Positions 53,962 through 62,846 of a stretch of 64,000 nucleotides of DNA are shown in pieces. Numbering within the stretch: position 1 is the stretch's first letter; every line of letters starts with the position of its first letter. The notes beneath the pieces were generated by a model that worked only from the letters and a program-made list of their open reading frames with translations, searched no databases and was not told the DNA's origin. The stretch comes from Clostridia bacterium (GTDB taxonomy: Bacteria > Bacillota > Clostridia > Oscillospirales > SIG627). Location of the stretch: positions 53,125 through 117,124 of the forward strand of contig JAFQMA010000044.1 in NCBI GenBank assembly GCA_017414535.1, given 5' to 3'. A program made the translations under genes and the position numbers.

Positions 53962-54594
53962 TTATTCTTTCTCGTCCGAGGAAAACAGGTCCTTCAGGAA
54001 AGCAAGGATCCCCTCCTCCTCTTCTGATTCGGGCTCCTGCCAAACGTCCTCGCGGGGGGTAACGGAAATGTACTTTTTAGGCAAAGCGGATGCGGCTACC
54101 ATGCCGTATTCCTGCGTAGCGATGCGCTCCACCTCATTCAGGTCGTACTTGCTTTCCAGCTGAACCTCAAGCTTGGTGGCCTCATCCTTGAGCTCGACAA
54201 TGCCGGATTCCAGTTGGTCGATGGCATGGGAATACTCCTCCACTTGCACGGAAAGAGACAACATATACATAAACACGGCCGCAAGGATCACCAGAGAAAA
54301 GATAAAGGAAACAGGTGCCTGCACCTTCGCCTTGGCCTTGCTGGTAACGACCTTAACACCGCTATCCTCGCTGACAGCCACTTCACCCTCGACGGAAGGG
54401 GTCTCGAGCAGATGGCGGTTAAGCTTATTGAGGTTTTTGGAAATGCGCTTATCTGCGCTGACGGTATCGGGATGCGTTTCGCGGGGACGGATGCGGGGAT
54501 TGTAATGATCGGCTACGTGGCTTTTTTTCTGTTCCTTTTGGGCGGCTTTCTCTTTTTCGCCGACCTTCTTCCGATACATTGTATCCATGGCCAC
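53962..54594 (-). CDS. ftsL: FtsL-like cell division protein with extended basic N-terminus
   Basis: Single TM helix (FIFSLVILAAVFMYMLSL), a coiled coil, and LNEVERIATQEYGM. Lies between rsmH and the PBP gene. Confidence 0.8.
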   Translation of the reverse strand: MAMDTMYRKKVGEKEKAAQKEQKKSHVADHYNPRIRPRETHPDTVSADKRISKNLNKLNRHLLETPSVEGEVAVSEDSGVKVVTSKAKAKVQAPVSFIFSLVILAAVFMYMLSLSVQVEEYSHAIDQLESGIVELKDEATKLEVQLESKYDLNEVERIATQEYGMVAASALPKKYISVTPREDVWQEPESEEEEGILAFLKDLFSSDEKE

Positions 54595-54605
54595 TCCTCC
54601 ATTCC

Positions 54606-55547
54606 TTACGATTCTAATTTTTCCGCAATGCGAAGCTTGGCACTTCTGCTGCGGGGATTTGCATTTTCTTCCTCACGGGAGGGAACGATGGGCTTGCGGG
54701 TCACGTACTTCAGAGAGGGACGGAAGCCGCAAACGCAAACGGGAAAATCTCTGGGGCAGGTACAACCGTCGATAAAATCGCGAATGCATTCCTTAACGAT
54801 ACGGTCCTCCAACGAATGGAAGGTGATAACGCAAAGTCTGCCACCGGGCTTTAAATGGGAAACAAGACTCTTGATGGTGGTATCGATGACACTGAGCTCG
54901 CGGTTGACCTCAATGCGGATGGCCTGAAAGCTACGGCGGGCAGGGTGCTTTCCCTCAAAGCGCTCCTTGACGGGGAATGCACTTTTGATGATCTCGGCAA
55001 GCTCGCCCGTAGTCTCGATCTCCTTCTGCTCGCGGGCATCCAAAATAGCATTGGCGATAGCAGAGGCGCGTTTCTCTTCGCCATATTCCCGCAAAATACG
55101 ACACAGTTCGGTATAAGAATAGGTGTTGACCACCTCTTTCGCCGTTAAGGGAGCACCCTGATCCATACGCATATCCAGCGGTGCATCCGTATGATAGGAA
55201 AAGCCGCGTTCGGGCGTATCCAGCTGATGGGAGGAAACACCCAGGTCAATCATGGCACCGTCGATGCCCTCGGGGGCAAATTCGTCCAGCACCTCGCCCA
55301 CACGCTCAAAATTGGTGTGGACCAGCGTGACCTTGTCCTGAAATTCCTTAAGCTTTTCACGGGCATTCTCAATGGCGTCCATATCCTGATCCAGTGCAAT
55401 GAGTCTACCTGCGGTTAATTTCTTTAACAGATGGGTGGAATGTCCCGCACCGCCCAGGGTGCAGTCCACGTATACGCCGTCGGGCTTGACGTCAAGTCCG
55501 TCCACCGTTTCGTGCAGCAGTACGGAAACGTGAGAAAAGGCCACCAT
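54606..55547 (-). CDS. rsmH: 16S rRNA (cytosine1402-N4)-methyltransferase
   Basis: HVSVLLHETVDGL, DCTLGGAGHS and ITFHSLEDRIVK motifs. Confidence 0.96.
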   Translation of the reverse strand: MVAFSHVSVLLHETVDGLDVKPDGVYVDCTLGGAGHSTHLLKKLTAGRLIALDQDMDAIENAREKLKEFQDKVTLVHTNFERVGEVLDEFAPEGIDGAMIDLGVSSHQLDTPERGFSYHTDAPLDMRMDQGAPLTAKEVVNTYSYTELCRILREYGEEKRASAIANAILDAREQKEIETTGELAEIIKSAFPVKERFEGKHPARRSFQAIRIEVNRELSVIDTTIKSLVSHLKPGGRLCVITFHSLEDRIVKECIRDFIDGCTCPRDFPVCVCGFRPSLKYVTRKPIVPSREEENANPRSRSAKLRIAEKLES

Positions 55548-55981
55548 TACAAGCCGTTCCTCTTCAGGATCTCCTCAATGGAGGAGGTTCTGTTTTCACT
55601 GATGTAGCGGCGGTAGGTATCCTCGTCCCAGATCTCGGCGTGATCGCCACAGCCAAGCACCACTACGGTCTTTTCAATATTGGCGTATTCTCTCAGCCCT
55701 GCGGGAATGAGAACTCTTCCCTGTCCGTCAGGCTCTACGTCCTGCATAGAGGCGTAGAAGAAGCGACGCACGTCCCTGGCCTCGGTCTCGGGCAGGGTAA
55801 AGATCTTCTCCTCAAAGGAGCGCCATTTTTCTTCCGTATATAAATTGATGCAGGAATCCAGGCTGCGCACCAAAATCATGCTTTCACCCTCGGGGAAAAG
55901 CTCGCGCAATTTAGAGGGGATCAAAAGTCTTCCCTTGGCATCGGCGGCACATTTATACTCGCCGCAAAAGGAACGGATCAC
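55547..55981 (-). CDS. mraZ: transcriptional regulator MraZ
   Basis: Two DxxxR repeats (DAKGRLLIPSKLR, DGQGRVLIPAGLR). First gene of the dcw cluster. Confidence 0.95.
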   Translation of the reverse strand: MIRSFCGEYKCAADAKGRLLIPSKLRELFPEGESMILVRSLDSCINLYTEEKWRSFEEKIFTLPETEARDVRRFFYASMQDVEPDGQGRVLIPAGLREYANIEKTVVVLGCGDHAEIWDEDTYRRYISENRTSSIEEILKRNGL

Positions 55982-56063
55982 AAGCCTTCCTCCTTTCGTA
56001 AAAACAAAAAATACTCCGCAATAGGGGCAACAATAGGAAAATCGTGGTAATAATGGATCGTTT

Positions 56064-56129
56064 CACCCACTTTTTACCACTTTTTACCCTTCTTGCACCC
56101 ATTATAGCGGAGTATTTTCATTATTTCAA
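56064..56129 (-). promoter_or_regulatory. Pmra promoter plus three MraZ-box-like direct repeats
   Basis: Minus strand: TTGAAA (56129..56124), 17-nt spacer, TATAAT (56106..56101). This is followed by GGGTaaaaaGTGGTaaaaaGTGGG (56089..56066) with 10-nt periodicity. Confidence 0.6.
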
Positions 56130-56168
56130 TAGTTTTGCGCTATTTTCTTGGTGTCGTTCACAAATTAT

Positions 56169-56636
56169 TTACAATTTGTTCCGCAAAAGTTTTACGACCT
56201 TTTCCGAAACAAGTCCCTTCAAGCTCTCCTTTTTCTCTATTTTATCCCGTACGACAGTGGAGGAAAGGGTCCGCAGAGCAGCGGACGAGTCCAGATACAG
56301 AGTCTCCACCCCACTGTGCTCAAAATTGAAGACGGCACAGTTGCGCTCGTATAGAAAGTCCTTTTCATCCCGCACCCCCTTCACCAGAACGGCATCCTTG
56401 CCGCGCAGGTAATCGTAGAGCATACCCTCGGAGGAATAGACCTCAATTCCCTCCTCCCCCTCAAAGGCAGCACAAGCCATGGCATAGCGCTCCTCCAGAG
56501 AAAAGAGATATTCCTTTTCCCGATTGTTCATGACCACCACCTCTACCCTGCCGAACAGAGCACGGGCGCGGCGTACGATATCCTCGTGCCCTACGGTGAT
56601 GGGGTCGTAGCTACCGGGACAGACGGCGCGCCTCAT
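56169..56636 (-). CDS. coaD: phosphopantetheine adenylyltransferase
   Basis: AVCPGSYDPITVGHEDIV (T/HxGH motif). ATG 56636 overlaps the rsmD stop. Confidence 0.92.
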   Translation of the reverse strand: MRRAVCPGSYDPITVGHEDIVRRARALFGRVEVVVMNNREKEYLFSLEERYAMACAAFEGEEGIEVYSSEGMLYDYLRGKDAVLVKGVRDEKDFLYERNCAVFNFEHSGVETLYLDSSAALRTLSSTVVRDKIEKKESLKGLVSEKVVKLLRNKL

Positions 56637-57217
56637 TCCTCTTCCCCGCCCTTCAGGCGAACGAAGTAAACGAAGCAACGGGCAAACTTATACTGCTTGA
56701 CGGATGCGATCTGCTCCCTAACCTCCCGGGGCAATGCTTCAAAATCCACCTCGTCAGCGGCGGTCTCCAGCATCATGAGCCCGCCCGGAGCCACCAACCC
56801 CGCACGCACCAGACGCTTTACCAGCTCGCCCGTCAGATCCTTCTCATAGGGAGGATCGGCAAAGAGCAGATCGAACTGCAGGCCGCGCTTGCCGGAGGCC
56901 TTGATAAATTCGCCGTACTCGCTGCGGATCACCTTGCTCTGCAGAGCAAAGCCCGTTTTTTCTATATTCTTGCGGACGATCTTCAGAGAATCCTCACTGC
57001 AGTCCACAAAGGTAGCGCTTGCGGCACCGCGGCTGATAGCCTCCAGGCCCATTTGTCCGCTTCCCGCAAACAGATCCAGAAAGCGTTTGCCCTCTACCTC
57101 GAACTGAATGGCGCTGAAGATACCCTCCTTGGCCATTTCGGTGGTGGGGCGCACGTGGTCCCCCGGAAGGGTGGCAAGCCTGACGCCGCGGGCCTTGCCC
57201 GTAATGATCCTCATCAT
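56633..57217 (-). CDS. rsmD: 16S rRNA (guanine966-N2)-methyltransferase
   Basis: MRIITGKARG..RPTTEMAKEGIFS and DLFAGSGQMGLEAISRGA...DPPY motifs. Confidence 0.92.
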   Translation of the reverse strand: MMRIITGKARGVRLATLPGDHVRPTTEMAKEGIFSAIQFEVEGKRFLDLFAGSGQMGLEAISRGAASATFVDCSEDSLKIVRKNIEKTGFALQSKVIRSEYGEFIKASGKRGLQFDLLFADPPYEKDLTGELVKRLVRAGLVAPGGLMMLETAADEVDFEALPREVREQIASVKQYKFARCFVYFVRLKGGEEE

Positions 57218-59082
57218 ATCTTTTCCTCTTTCTTTTTCTTAAAGTAGTTGACAATTTCTTCCGCATCCTTGGCGGAAATGCCGCAGACGGCGGAAAGTGC
57301 CGCCGCATCCGCCTCGCGGATGCGCTTGATGCTTTTAAAATGGGAAAGCAGAAGTCCCGCCTTCTTTTCTCCGATGCCCGCAATATCACAAAGCGTGCTG
57401 GTGCGCACGGTCTTTCTGCGGCGGCTGTCCATGCGGCCGAGAGTATAGCGGTGTACCTCCTCCTGAATGGAATACAGGAATCGGAAGAGGCGCCCGTCGA
57501 ACATGACGTCGATATCGTTTTTGCCGTCTGTAAGACAGCGCGTTTTGTGAAAGGCATCCTTGACCATGCCGAATACGGGAATGGCAAGACCGTGCTCCTC
57601 TAAAGCCGCACGGGCGCCGTTCACCTGTGTGACACCGCCGTCCACCAGGATCAGATCCGGTAGCGGAGCAAAGCTCTCGTCTCCGGAAAAATAGCGGGCA
57701 AAGCGACGGGACAGAGCCTCCCGAATGCTATCGGGATCGTCGGGCGTATCCCGACGGAGGGAAAAGCTTTTATAGTCTTTTTTGGAGAAGCGTGCCTTCT
57801 CCACTGTGATGATACCCGCCGTAATGGCCGATGCGCCGGAATGGGAAATATCGATGCACTCAATGCGCTCGGGTAACACCTCCAGCTGCAGAAGGTCGGC
57901 CAGGCTAAAGAGAACCTCTTCCTCCTTTTCCCACATTTTGCGGCGGTGAAGGGTTGCCTCACGGGCGTTAGACTCGGCCATGGCAAGAAGAGCCTTCCCC
58001 TCTCCCCGCTCGGGCACGTGAAGCTGCACGGTACACTTCCCCTGAGAGGAGAGATATTCCTCCACGGCAAGGCTTTCCTCGCTATAGAGCCCCCGAGGCA
58101 GAAGGATCTTTTTGGGAAGCAGGGTGCTTCCGCGATACCATTCCACCAGCATAGAGGAAAAGCTTTCACCGTCTATGATCTCATCGGCACCGAAATGGAA
58201 GATAGTGCTGTCCGCGATCTTTCCCTCCCGCACGCGCAGGAGGCTGATGGCGCCGCCCAGCTCATCGGTATAAAGGCCGAATACGTCTGCATGAAAATGC
58301 AGATCCTTGACCACCTGCGCCGTGCCGCCTATGCTCTCCAGTGCGCGGATACGGTCCCGCAGGGCAGCGGCCTTTTCAAACTCCATGCCTTCCGCGGCAT
58401 CATTCATTTCCTTTTCCAACGCAGAAACAAGCTTCCGGTGATCATTTTTCAAAAAGCTCAGCACCTCATCGATGCGCGAGCCGTATTCTTCCGGGCTGAC
58501 CTTGCCCGTGCAAACACCCACACACCGTCCCAAGTGGTAGGACAGGCAAGGGCGGAATTTTCCGATATCACGGGGGAAGGTGCGTTTACAGGTGGGAAGC
58601 ATAAAAAGCTTTTCCGCCGAGCGGATCACCTCCCGCACGGCACCGGAGGAACTGTAGGGCCCAAAATATTTGGAGGCCTCATCCCTTTTCTCCCGACGGC
58701 GGGCAAAGGACAGACGGGGATATTTCTCCCCCAGCGACAGACGAATATAGGGATAATCCTTATCGTCCTTTAAGCGGATGTTGAATTTCGGCTGATGGCA
58801 CTTGATCTTTTCATTTTCAAGAAGCAGAGCCTCCCGCTCATCGGAGGTGACCACCGTTTGAAAATCCACGGCGGTCTGTACCATTTTCTCCGTTTTGGGG
58901 CTGTGCTTTCCGCGGTTCTGAAAATAGCTGAGGACGCGCTGACGCAGGGCACGGCTCTTGCCCACGTAAATGATCTTTCCCGTGCGGTCGTAAAACTGAT
59001 AGACACCGGGAAGGAGGGGCAGGCTCTTTGCCTTGGTCAAAAGCTCCTTTTCGCTCAGGATGAGCGGAACGTATTCTTGCAT
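57214..59082 (-). CDS. uvrC: excinuclease ABC subunit C
   Basis: GIY-YIG N-terminus (GVYQFYDRTGKIIYVGKS), UVR domain and a C-terminal (HhH)2 domain. Confidence 0.96.
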   Translation of the reverse strand: MQEYVPLILSEKELLTKAKSLPLLPGVYQFYDRTGKIIYVGKSRALRQRVLSYFQNRGKHSPKTEKMVQTAVDFQTVVTSDEREALLLENEKIKCHQPKFNIRLKDDKDYPYIRLSLGEKYPRLSFARRREKRDEASKYFGPYSSSGAVREVIRSAEKLFMLPTCKRTFPRDIGKFRPCLSYHLGRCVGVCTGKVSPEEYGSRIDEVLSFLKNDHRKLVSALEKEMNDAAEGMEFEKAAALRDRIRALESIGGTAQVVKDLHFHADVFGLYTDELGGAISLLRVREGKIADSTIFHFGADEIIDGESFSSMLVEWYRGSTLLPKKILLPRGLYSEESLAVEEYLSSQGKCTVQLHVPERGEGKALLAMAESNAREATLHRRKMWEKEEEVLFSLADLLQLEVLPERIECIDISHSGASAITAGIITVEKARFSKKDYKSFSLRRDTPDDPDSIREALSRRFARYFSGDESFAPLPDLILVDGGVTQVNGARAALEEHGLAIPVFGMVKDAFHKTRCLTDGKNDIDVMFDGRLFRFLYSIQEEVHRYTLGRMDSRRRKTVRTSTLCDIAGIGEKKAGLLLSHFKSIKRIREADAAALSAVCGISAKDAEEIVNYFKKKKEEKI

Positions 59083-59093
59083 AGTTCTCCTTT

Positions 59094-59133
59094 AAAACAA
59101 AAAAATGCCGCTTGTCCCCTACGGGCAAGCGGC
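59094..59133 (-). terminator. rho-independent terminator after ptsH
   Basis: Minus strand GCCGCTTGCCC-gta-GGGGACAAGCGGC (one bulge) followed by a T-run. Confidence 0.75.
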
Positions 59134-59141
59134 AGGCAAGC

Positions 59142-59405
59142 TCAATCGTTAAAGCCGGCAAGGATCAGGTTGGAGAGCCCCTCCAGAGCGTCTGCCTCAT
59201 CTGCGCCGTCGGCAATGATGTTGATACGAGTCCCCTTGGTAATCCCCAGAGAGAGGATGCCGAGAAGAGACTTCGCATTGGCTCTGCGATCGCCACATTC
59301 TACCCAAAGAGAGCTTTTATAGCTGTTGGCCTTCTGAATGAAATACGTTGCGGGTCTGGCATGCAAGCCAACACTGTTCAAAACCGTTACTTCTTTTGAG
59401 ATCAT
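59142..59405 (-). CDS. ptsH: phosphocarrier protein HPr
   Basis: His-15 site GLHARPA and Ser-46 site AKSLLGILSLG. Confidence 0.93.
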   Translation of the reverse strand: MISKEVTVLNSVGLHARPATYFIQKANSYKSSLWVECGDRRANAKSLLGILSLGITKGTRINIIADGADEADALEGLSNLILAGFND

Positions 59406-59492
59406 ACGTGACTCCTATCCACATAACTGCGAAAAATATTATTCCAATTATAACAGTATTAGATAGAAAATGCAAGCATTTTATTCAAAATA

Positions 59493-60770
59493 TCAAAAAT
59501 TTCCCTGTTTTTTGCTTTCATTTTGAAAGAGATGGGCATATTTTAATGCCATCGCCATGGCATTTTTGGCAGAAAGCAAGCGAATGCGCTCTCTGGCATC
59601 GGCCGTTACGGGGAAAAGGAAGCGCTCCGACACGCATCCACTCTTTCCCGATACGGCAATATAGACCGTCCCCACGGGGTTCTCCTCGGTTCCACCGTCG
59701 GGACCTGCCACGCCCGTAATGCCAATACCAAGGCTTGAGCCGCAGAGACGGCGGGCGCCTTCTGCCATTTTCTCTGCACAGGCAAGGCTGTAAACGCCTT
59801 GCTCGGTCAACATGTGGCGGGATACGCCAAGCACCTTTTCCTTAATCTCTTCCGTATAGGCCACCACACCCCCCTGCAGAACGGCAGAGGAGCCGGGGAC
59901 GGCGGTGAGCATTTGAGAAAGCAGCCCGCCCGTACAGCTTTCTGCAGCAGCGAGGGTCAGGCCCTGCGCACCGAAGCGGGAGATCAGCACGGAGGCAAGG
60001 GTGTCCTCTCCCTCTCCGTAGAGATATTCCTCCACAACGGAAAGAATCTCCCCGAGCTTTTCCTCGATCCTACCGTTGGCCTCCGCCTGCGTTTCGGCAG
60101 AGCAGGTCACGTGGAGGGAGACCTCCCCCTCTCCCGCGAAGGGAGCAACGGAGGGATTGACGCTTTCGCGGAGCACGGCGGAGAGCTTTTCATCCAGCAC
60201 GGATTCACCGATGCCGAACAAACGAAGGATCCGCGTACAGAGAATGCCGCCGCTTCGTTCCGCAAGGGCGGGGGCAAGATAGGCCTCGAACATGGCCTTC
60301 ATTTCTCGGGGAACGCCGGGTAGGAGAAAAATCTCCTTCTCCCCTACTCTTGCACGGATGCCGGGAGCGGTGCCCCACAGATTTCGCAAGGGTTCGGCTC
60401 CCTCGGGGATCATGGCTTGGCGGAGGTTATTCTCGCTCATGGGCCGACCTCTGCCTGCAAAATAAGCACGGATCTCCTCCACCGATTCCTCCCGCAGGGA
60501 AAGCGCCTTTCCCAAAAGGGCGGCAAGAGCGTCGCGGGTGATATCGTCGTAGGTGGGGCCGAGGCCGCCCGTCACGATGACGCAGTCCGAGCGAGACAGA
60601 GCAAGGCGCAGAGTATCGGTCAAACGTCCCAAATGGTCGCCGCAGGTCTGACGAAATTTCACCGCCCAGCCCAAGGCGCGAAGCCGTGCTGAAAGGAAGG
60701 TGGCGTTGGTATCCTCGGTATTGCCGAGAACCAGCTCCGTTCCCACGGAAACGATCTCACAGATCAGCAT
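59493..60770 (-). CDS. cinA: competence/damage-inducible protein CinA (NMN amidohydrolase family)
   Basis: MoCF-biosynthesis-like N-terminus EIVSVGTELVLGNTEDTNA and a C-terminal PncC-like domain ESCTGGLL. Confidence 0.92.
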   Translation of the reverse strand: MLICEIVSVGTELVLGNTEDTNATFLSARLRALGWAVKFRQTCGDHLGRLTDTLRLALSRSDCVIVTGGLGPTYDDITRDALAALLGKALSLREESVEEIRAYFAGRGRPMSENNLRQAMIPEGAEPLRNLWGTAPGIRARVGEKEIFLLPGVPREMKAMFEAYLAPALAERSGGILCTRILRLFGIGESVLDEKLSAVLRESVNPSVAPFAGEGEVSLHVTCSAETQAEANGRIEEKLGEILSVVEEYLYGEGEDTLASVLISRFGAQGLTLAAAESCTGGLLSQMLTAVPGSSAVLQGGVVAYTEEIKEKVLGVSRHMLTEQGVYSLACAEKMAEGARRLCGSSLGIGITGVAGPDGGTEENPVGTVYIAVSGKSGCVSERFLFPVTADARERIRLLSAKNAMAMALKYAHLFQNESKKQGNF

Positions 60771-60791
60771 AGTATCTCCTCTCTATCGGGC

Positions 60792-60815
60792 AAAAAAGCC
60801 CCGATCGATCGGGGC
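60792..60815 (-). terminator. hairpin between cysS and cinA
   Basis: AGCCCCGATC/GATCGGGGCT palindrome flanked by A and T runs. Ends about 20 nt before the cinA Shine-Dalgarno. Confidence 0.6.
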
Positions 60816-60828
60816 TTTTTTGGGTTCT

Positions 60829-62232
60829 TTAAGCGCGGTGCCACTTGGGCCCCTGAGGGGTATCCTCAATGACGATGCCCTCGCTCTGCAGGAGAGCGCG
60901 GATCTCATCGGCACGGGCGTAGTTCTTTTCCTTTTTGGCAGCTGTTCTTTCTGCCAGAAGCTCCTCCACCTTTTCGTCGGAGAAGGCGCCCTCCTTTTCC
61001 TCGGCGGGCTTCATAAAGCCAAGAAGACCGCAGATCTCCTCATAGAAGGAGAAAATGGCCTCCAGCGCCTTGCGGCTACGGGGTTCGGAAACGAAGATGT
61101 TGATATCCTTGACAGCCTCAAAGAGGACGGCAAGACCGTCGGCCGTATTGAAATCGTCGTCCATGACCTCGACAAACTTCTCTCTTCCCTGATCCAGACG
61201 GGCAAGGAATGCCTCTTCCTCGGCGGAAAGGGAATCTCCCTCGGCATTCTTCAGAAGGAAGCGAAGATTCTCCTCGCAATTGTACAGACGCTGTACGGAG
61301 GACTGCGCCTGAGACAGAATCTCTGCGGAGAAGTTGACGGGGCTCTTGTAGTGAGCGGACAGGATGAAGTAGCGGATGGCAGCGTAGCCGTATTTCTCGG
61401 CCGCATCGCGCACGGTGAAGAAGTTGCCCAGGGATTTGCTCATCTTCTTATTGTCCACGTTGATAAAGCCGTTGTGGATCCAGAAGCGGCAGAAGGGAAC
61501 GTCGAAGGCGCCCTCGGACTGAGCGATCTCGTTTTCATGGTGGGGAAAGGTCAGGTCAACACCGCCGCAATGGATGTCTATGGTCTTGCCCAGATACTTA
61601 TCTACCATGGCGGAGCACTCGATGTGCCAGCCGGGTCTTCCCTTGCCCCAGGGAGATTCCCAGAAGGGCTCGCCGGGCTTGGAAGCCTTCCAAAGTGCGA
61701 AGTCCAGCGGATCGCGCTTGATCTCGGACACGTCGATGCGTGCGCCGCTTTCCAGATCGTCGATATTCTTACCGGAAAGCTTGCCGTAGCTCTTGAAGGA
61801 GCGAGCGGCGTAATACACGTCTCCCTGAGACTCATAGGCATGGCCCTTTTCGATCAGAGTCTCGATAATGGAGATGATGGAATCGATATTTTCGGTTGCA
61901 CGGGGGTGGAAGGTAGCGGGCTCCACGCCTAATCCCTTGGCATCCACGAAATATTCCTCGATATAGTGATCGGCCACGGCCTTGACGGTGGTATTTTCTT
62001 CATTGGCACGACGGATCATTTTATCGTCGATATCGGTAAAGTTCTGAACAAAATCCACCTTGTTTCCGCGATATTCCAGATAGCGGCGGAGCAGATCAAA
62101 GGTCACGAAGCATCTTGCGTTGCCCACGTGGAAAAAGTTATACACGGTGGGGCCGCAGGCATACATACGAACGTGGTTGTCCTTGACCTCCAATTCTTCT
62201 TTTCTTCCGTTCAGGTCGTTAAACAGTCTCAT
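60829..62232 (-). CDS. cysS: cysteine--tRNA ligase
   Basis: HIGH-type motif (FHVGNARC) and KMSKS (KKMSKSLGN). Confidence 0.97.
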   Translation of the reverse strand: MRLFNDLNGRKEELEVKDNHVRMYACGPTVYNFFHVGNARCFVTFDLLRRYLEYRGNKVDFVQNFTDIDDKMIRRANEENTTVKAVADHYIEEYFVDAKGLGVEPATFHPRATENIDSIISIIETLIEKGHAYESQGDVYYAARSFKSYGKLSGKNIDDLESGARIDVSEIKRDPLDFALWKASKPGEPFWESPWGKGRPGWHIECSAMVDKYLGKTIDIHCGGVDLTFPHHENEIAQSEGAFDVPFCRFWIHNGFINVDNKKMSKSLGNFFTVRDAAEKYGYAAIRYFILSAHYKSPVNFSAEILSQAQSSVQRLYNCEENLRFLLKNAEGDSLSAEEEAFLARLDQGREKFVEVMDDDFNTADGLAVLFEAVKDINIFVSEPRSRKALEAIFSFYEEICGLLGFMKPAEEKEGAFSDEKVEELLAERTAAKKEKNYARADEIRALLQSEGIVIEDTPQGPKWHRA

Positions 62233-62246
62233 AGCGTCTCCTTGGG

Positions 62247-62846
62247 TTATTTGTTGGTATCAAGATATTTCCAGTAGCTCTTTACGTAATCGATGCCGGA
62301 GAGGACGGAGAGCACCGTCATCACCACGGTGGCAAGCCAGGAAAGGATGGGGGGCAGCTGCAGGAAGCCGAACACCACGGGCTCCAGCATAATGACCATG
62401 GCCCACACGCACTGGCTGACGGTCTTCGCCTTGCCATACCAGCTGGCGGCAATGACCACGGGCTCGGAGCTGTTCATCACCACCAGACGAAGGGAGGTGA
62501 CCGCAAGCTCACGAAAGATCACGATGGCTCCGCCGATGACCAGCGCCAGATGGAGCGCCTCGTCCTTCATATACATGGAGGAGGAGGCAAAGGCAAGAAT
62601 GGCGGAAAACACGAGAAACTTATCCGCCAGGGGATCCATGAACTTGCCGAAATCGGTAATGAGCCCTTGCTTGCGGGCGATCTTGCCGTCGGCCAGATCC
62701 GTCAGCGCGGCGGCCAGAAAGACCAGGGCTGCAAGACAGCGGGAAATGATCTCGCCGTAGGTGCCGGGGAAGCAAAACAGTGCGAAGAAGAAAAACACGG
62801 GAACCATCAAAATGCGGATGACGGTCAATTTATTCGGTAAATTCAC
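62247..62846 (-). CDS. pgsA: CDP-diacylglycerol--glycerol-3-phosphate 3-phosphatidyltransferase
   Basis: CDP-alcohol phosphatidyltransferase motif DGKIARKQGLITDFGKFMDPLADK. Confidence 0.93.
   Translation of the reverse strand: MNLPNKLTVIRILMVPVFFFFALFCFPGTYGEIISRCLAALVFLAAALTDLADGKIARKQGLITDFGKFMDPLADKFLVFSAILAFASSSMYMKDEALHLALVIGGAIVIFRELAVTSLRLVVMNSSEPVVIAASWYGKAKTVSQCVWAMVIMLEPVVFGFLQLPPILSWLATVVMTVLSVLSGIDYVKSYWKYLDTNK

Noticed and set aside
60700-61932. 410-aa plus-strand ORF.
   Set aside because: It is antisense to cysS (HIGH and KMSKS motifs present on the minus strand). It spans the cinA-cysS intergenic hairpin.
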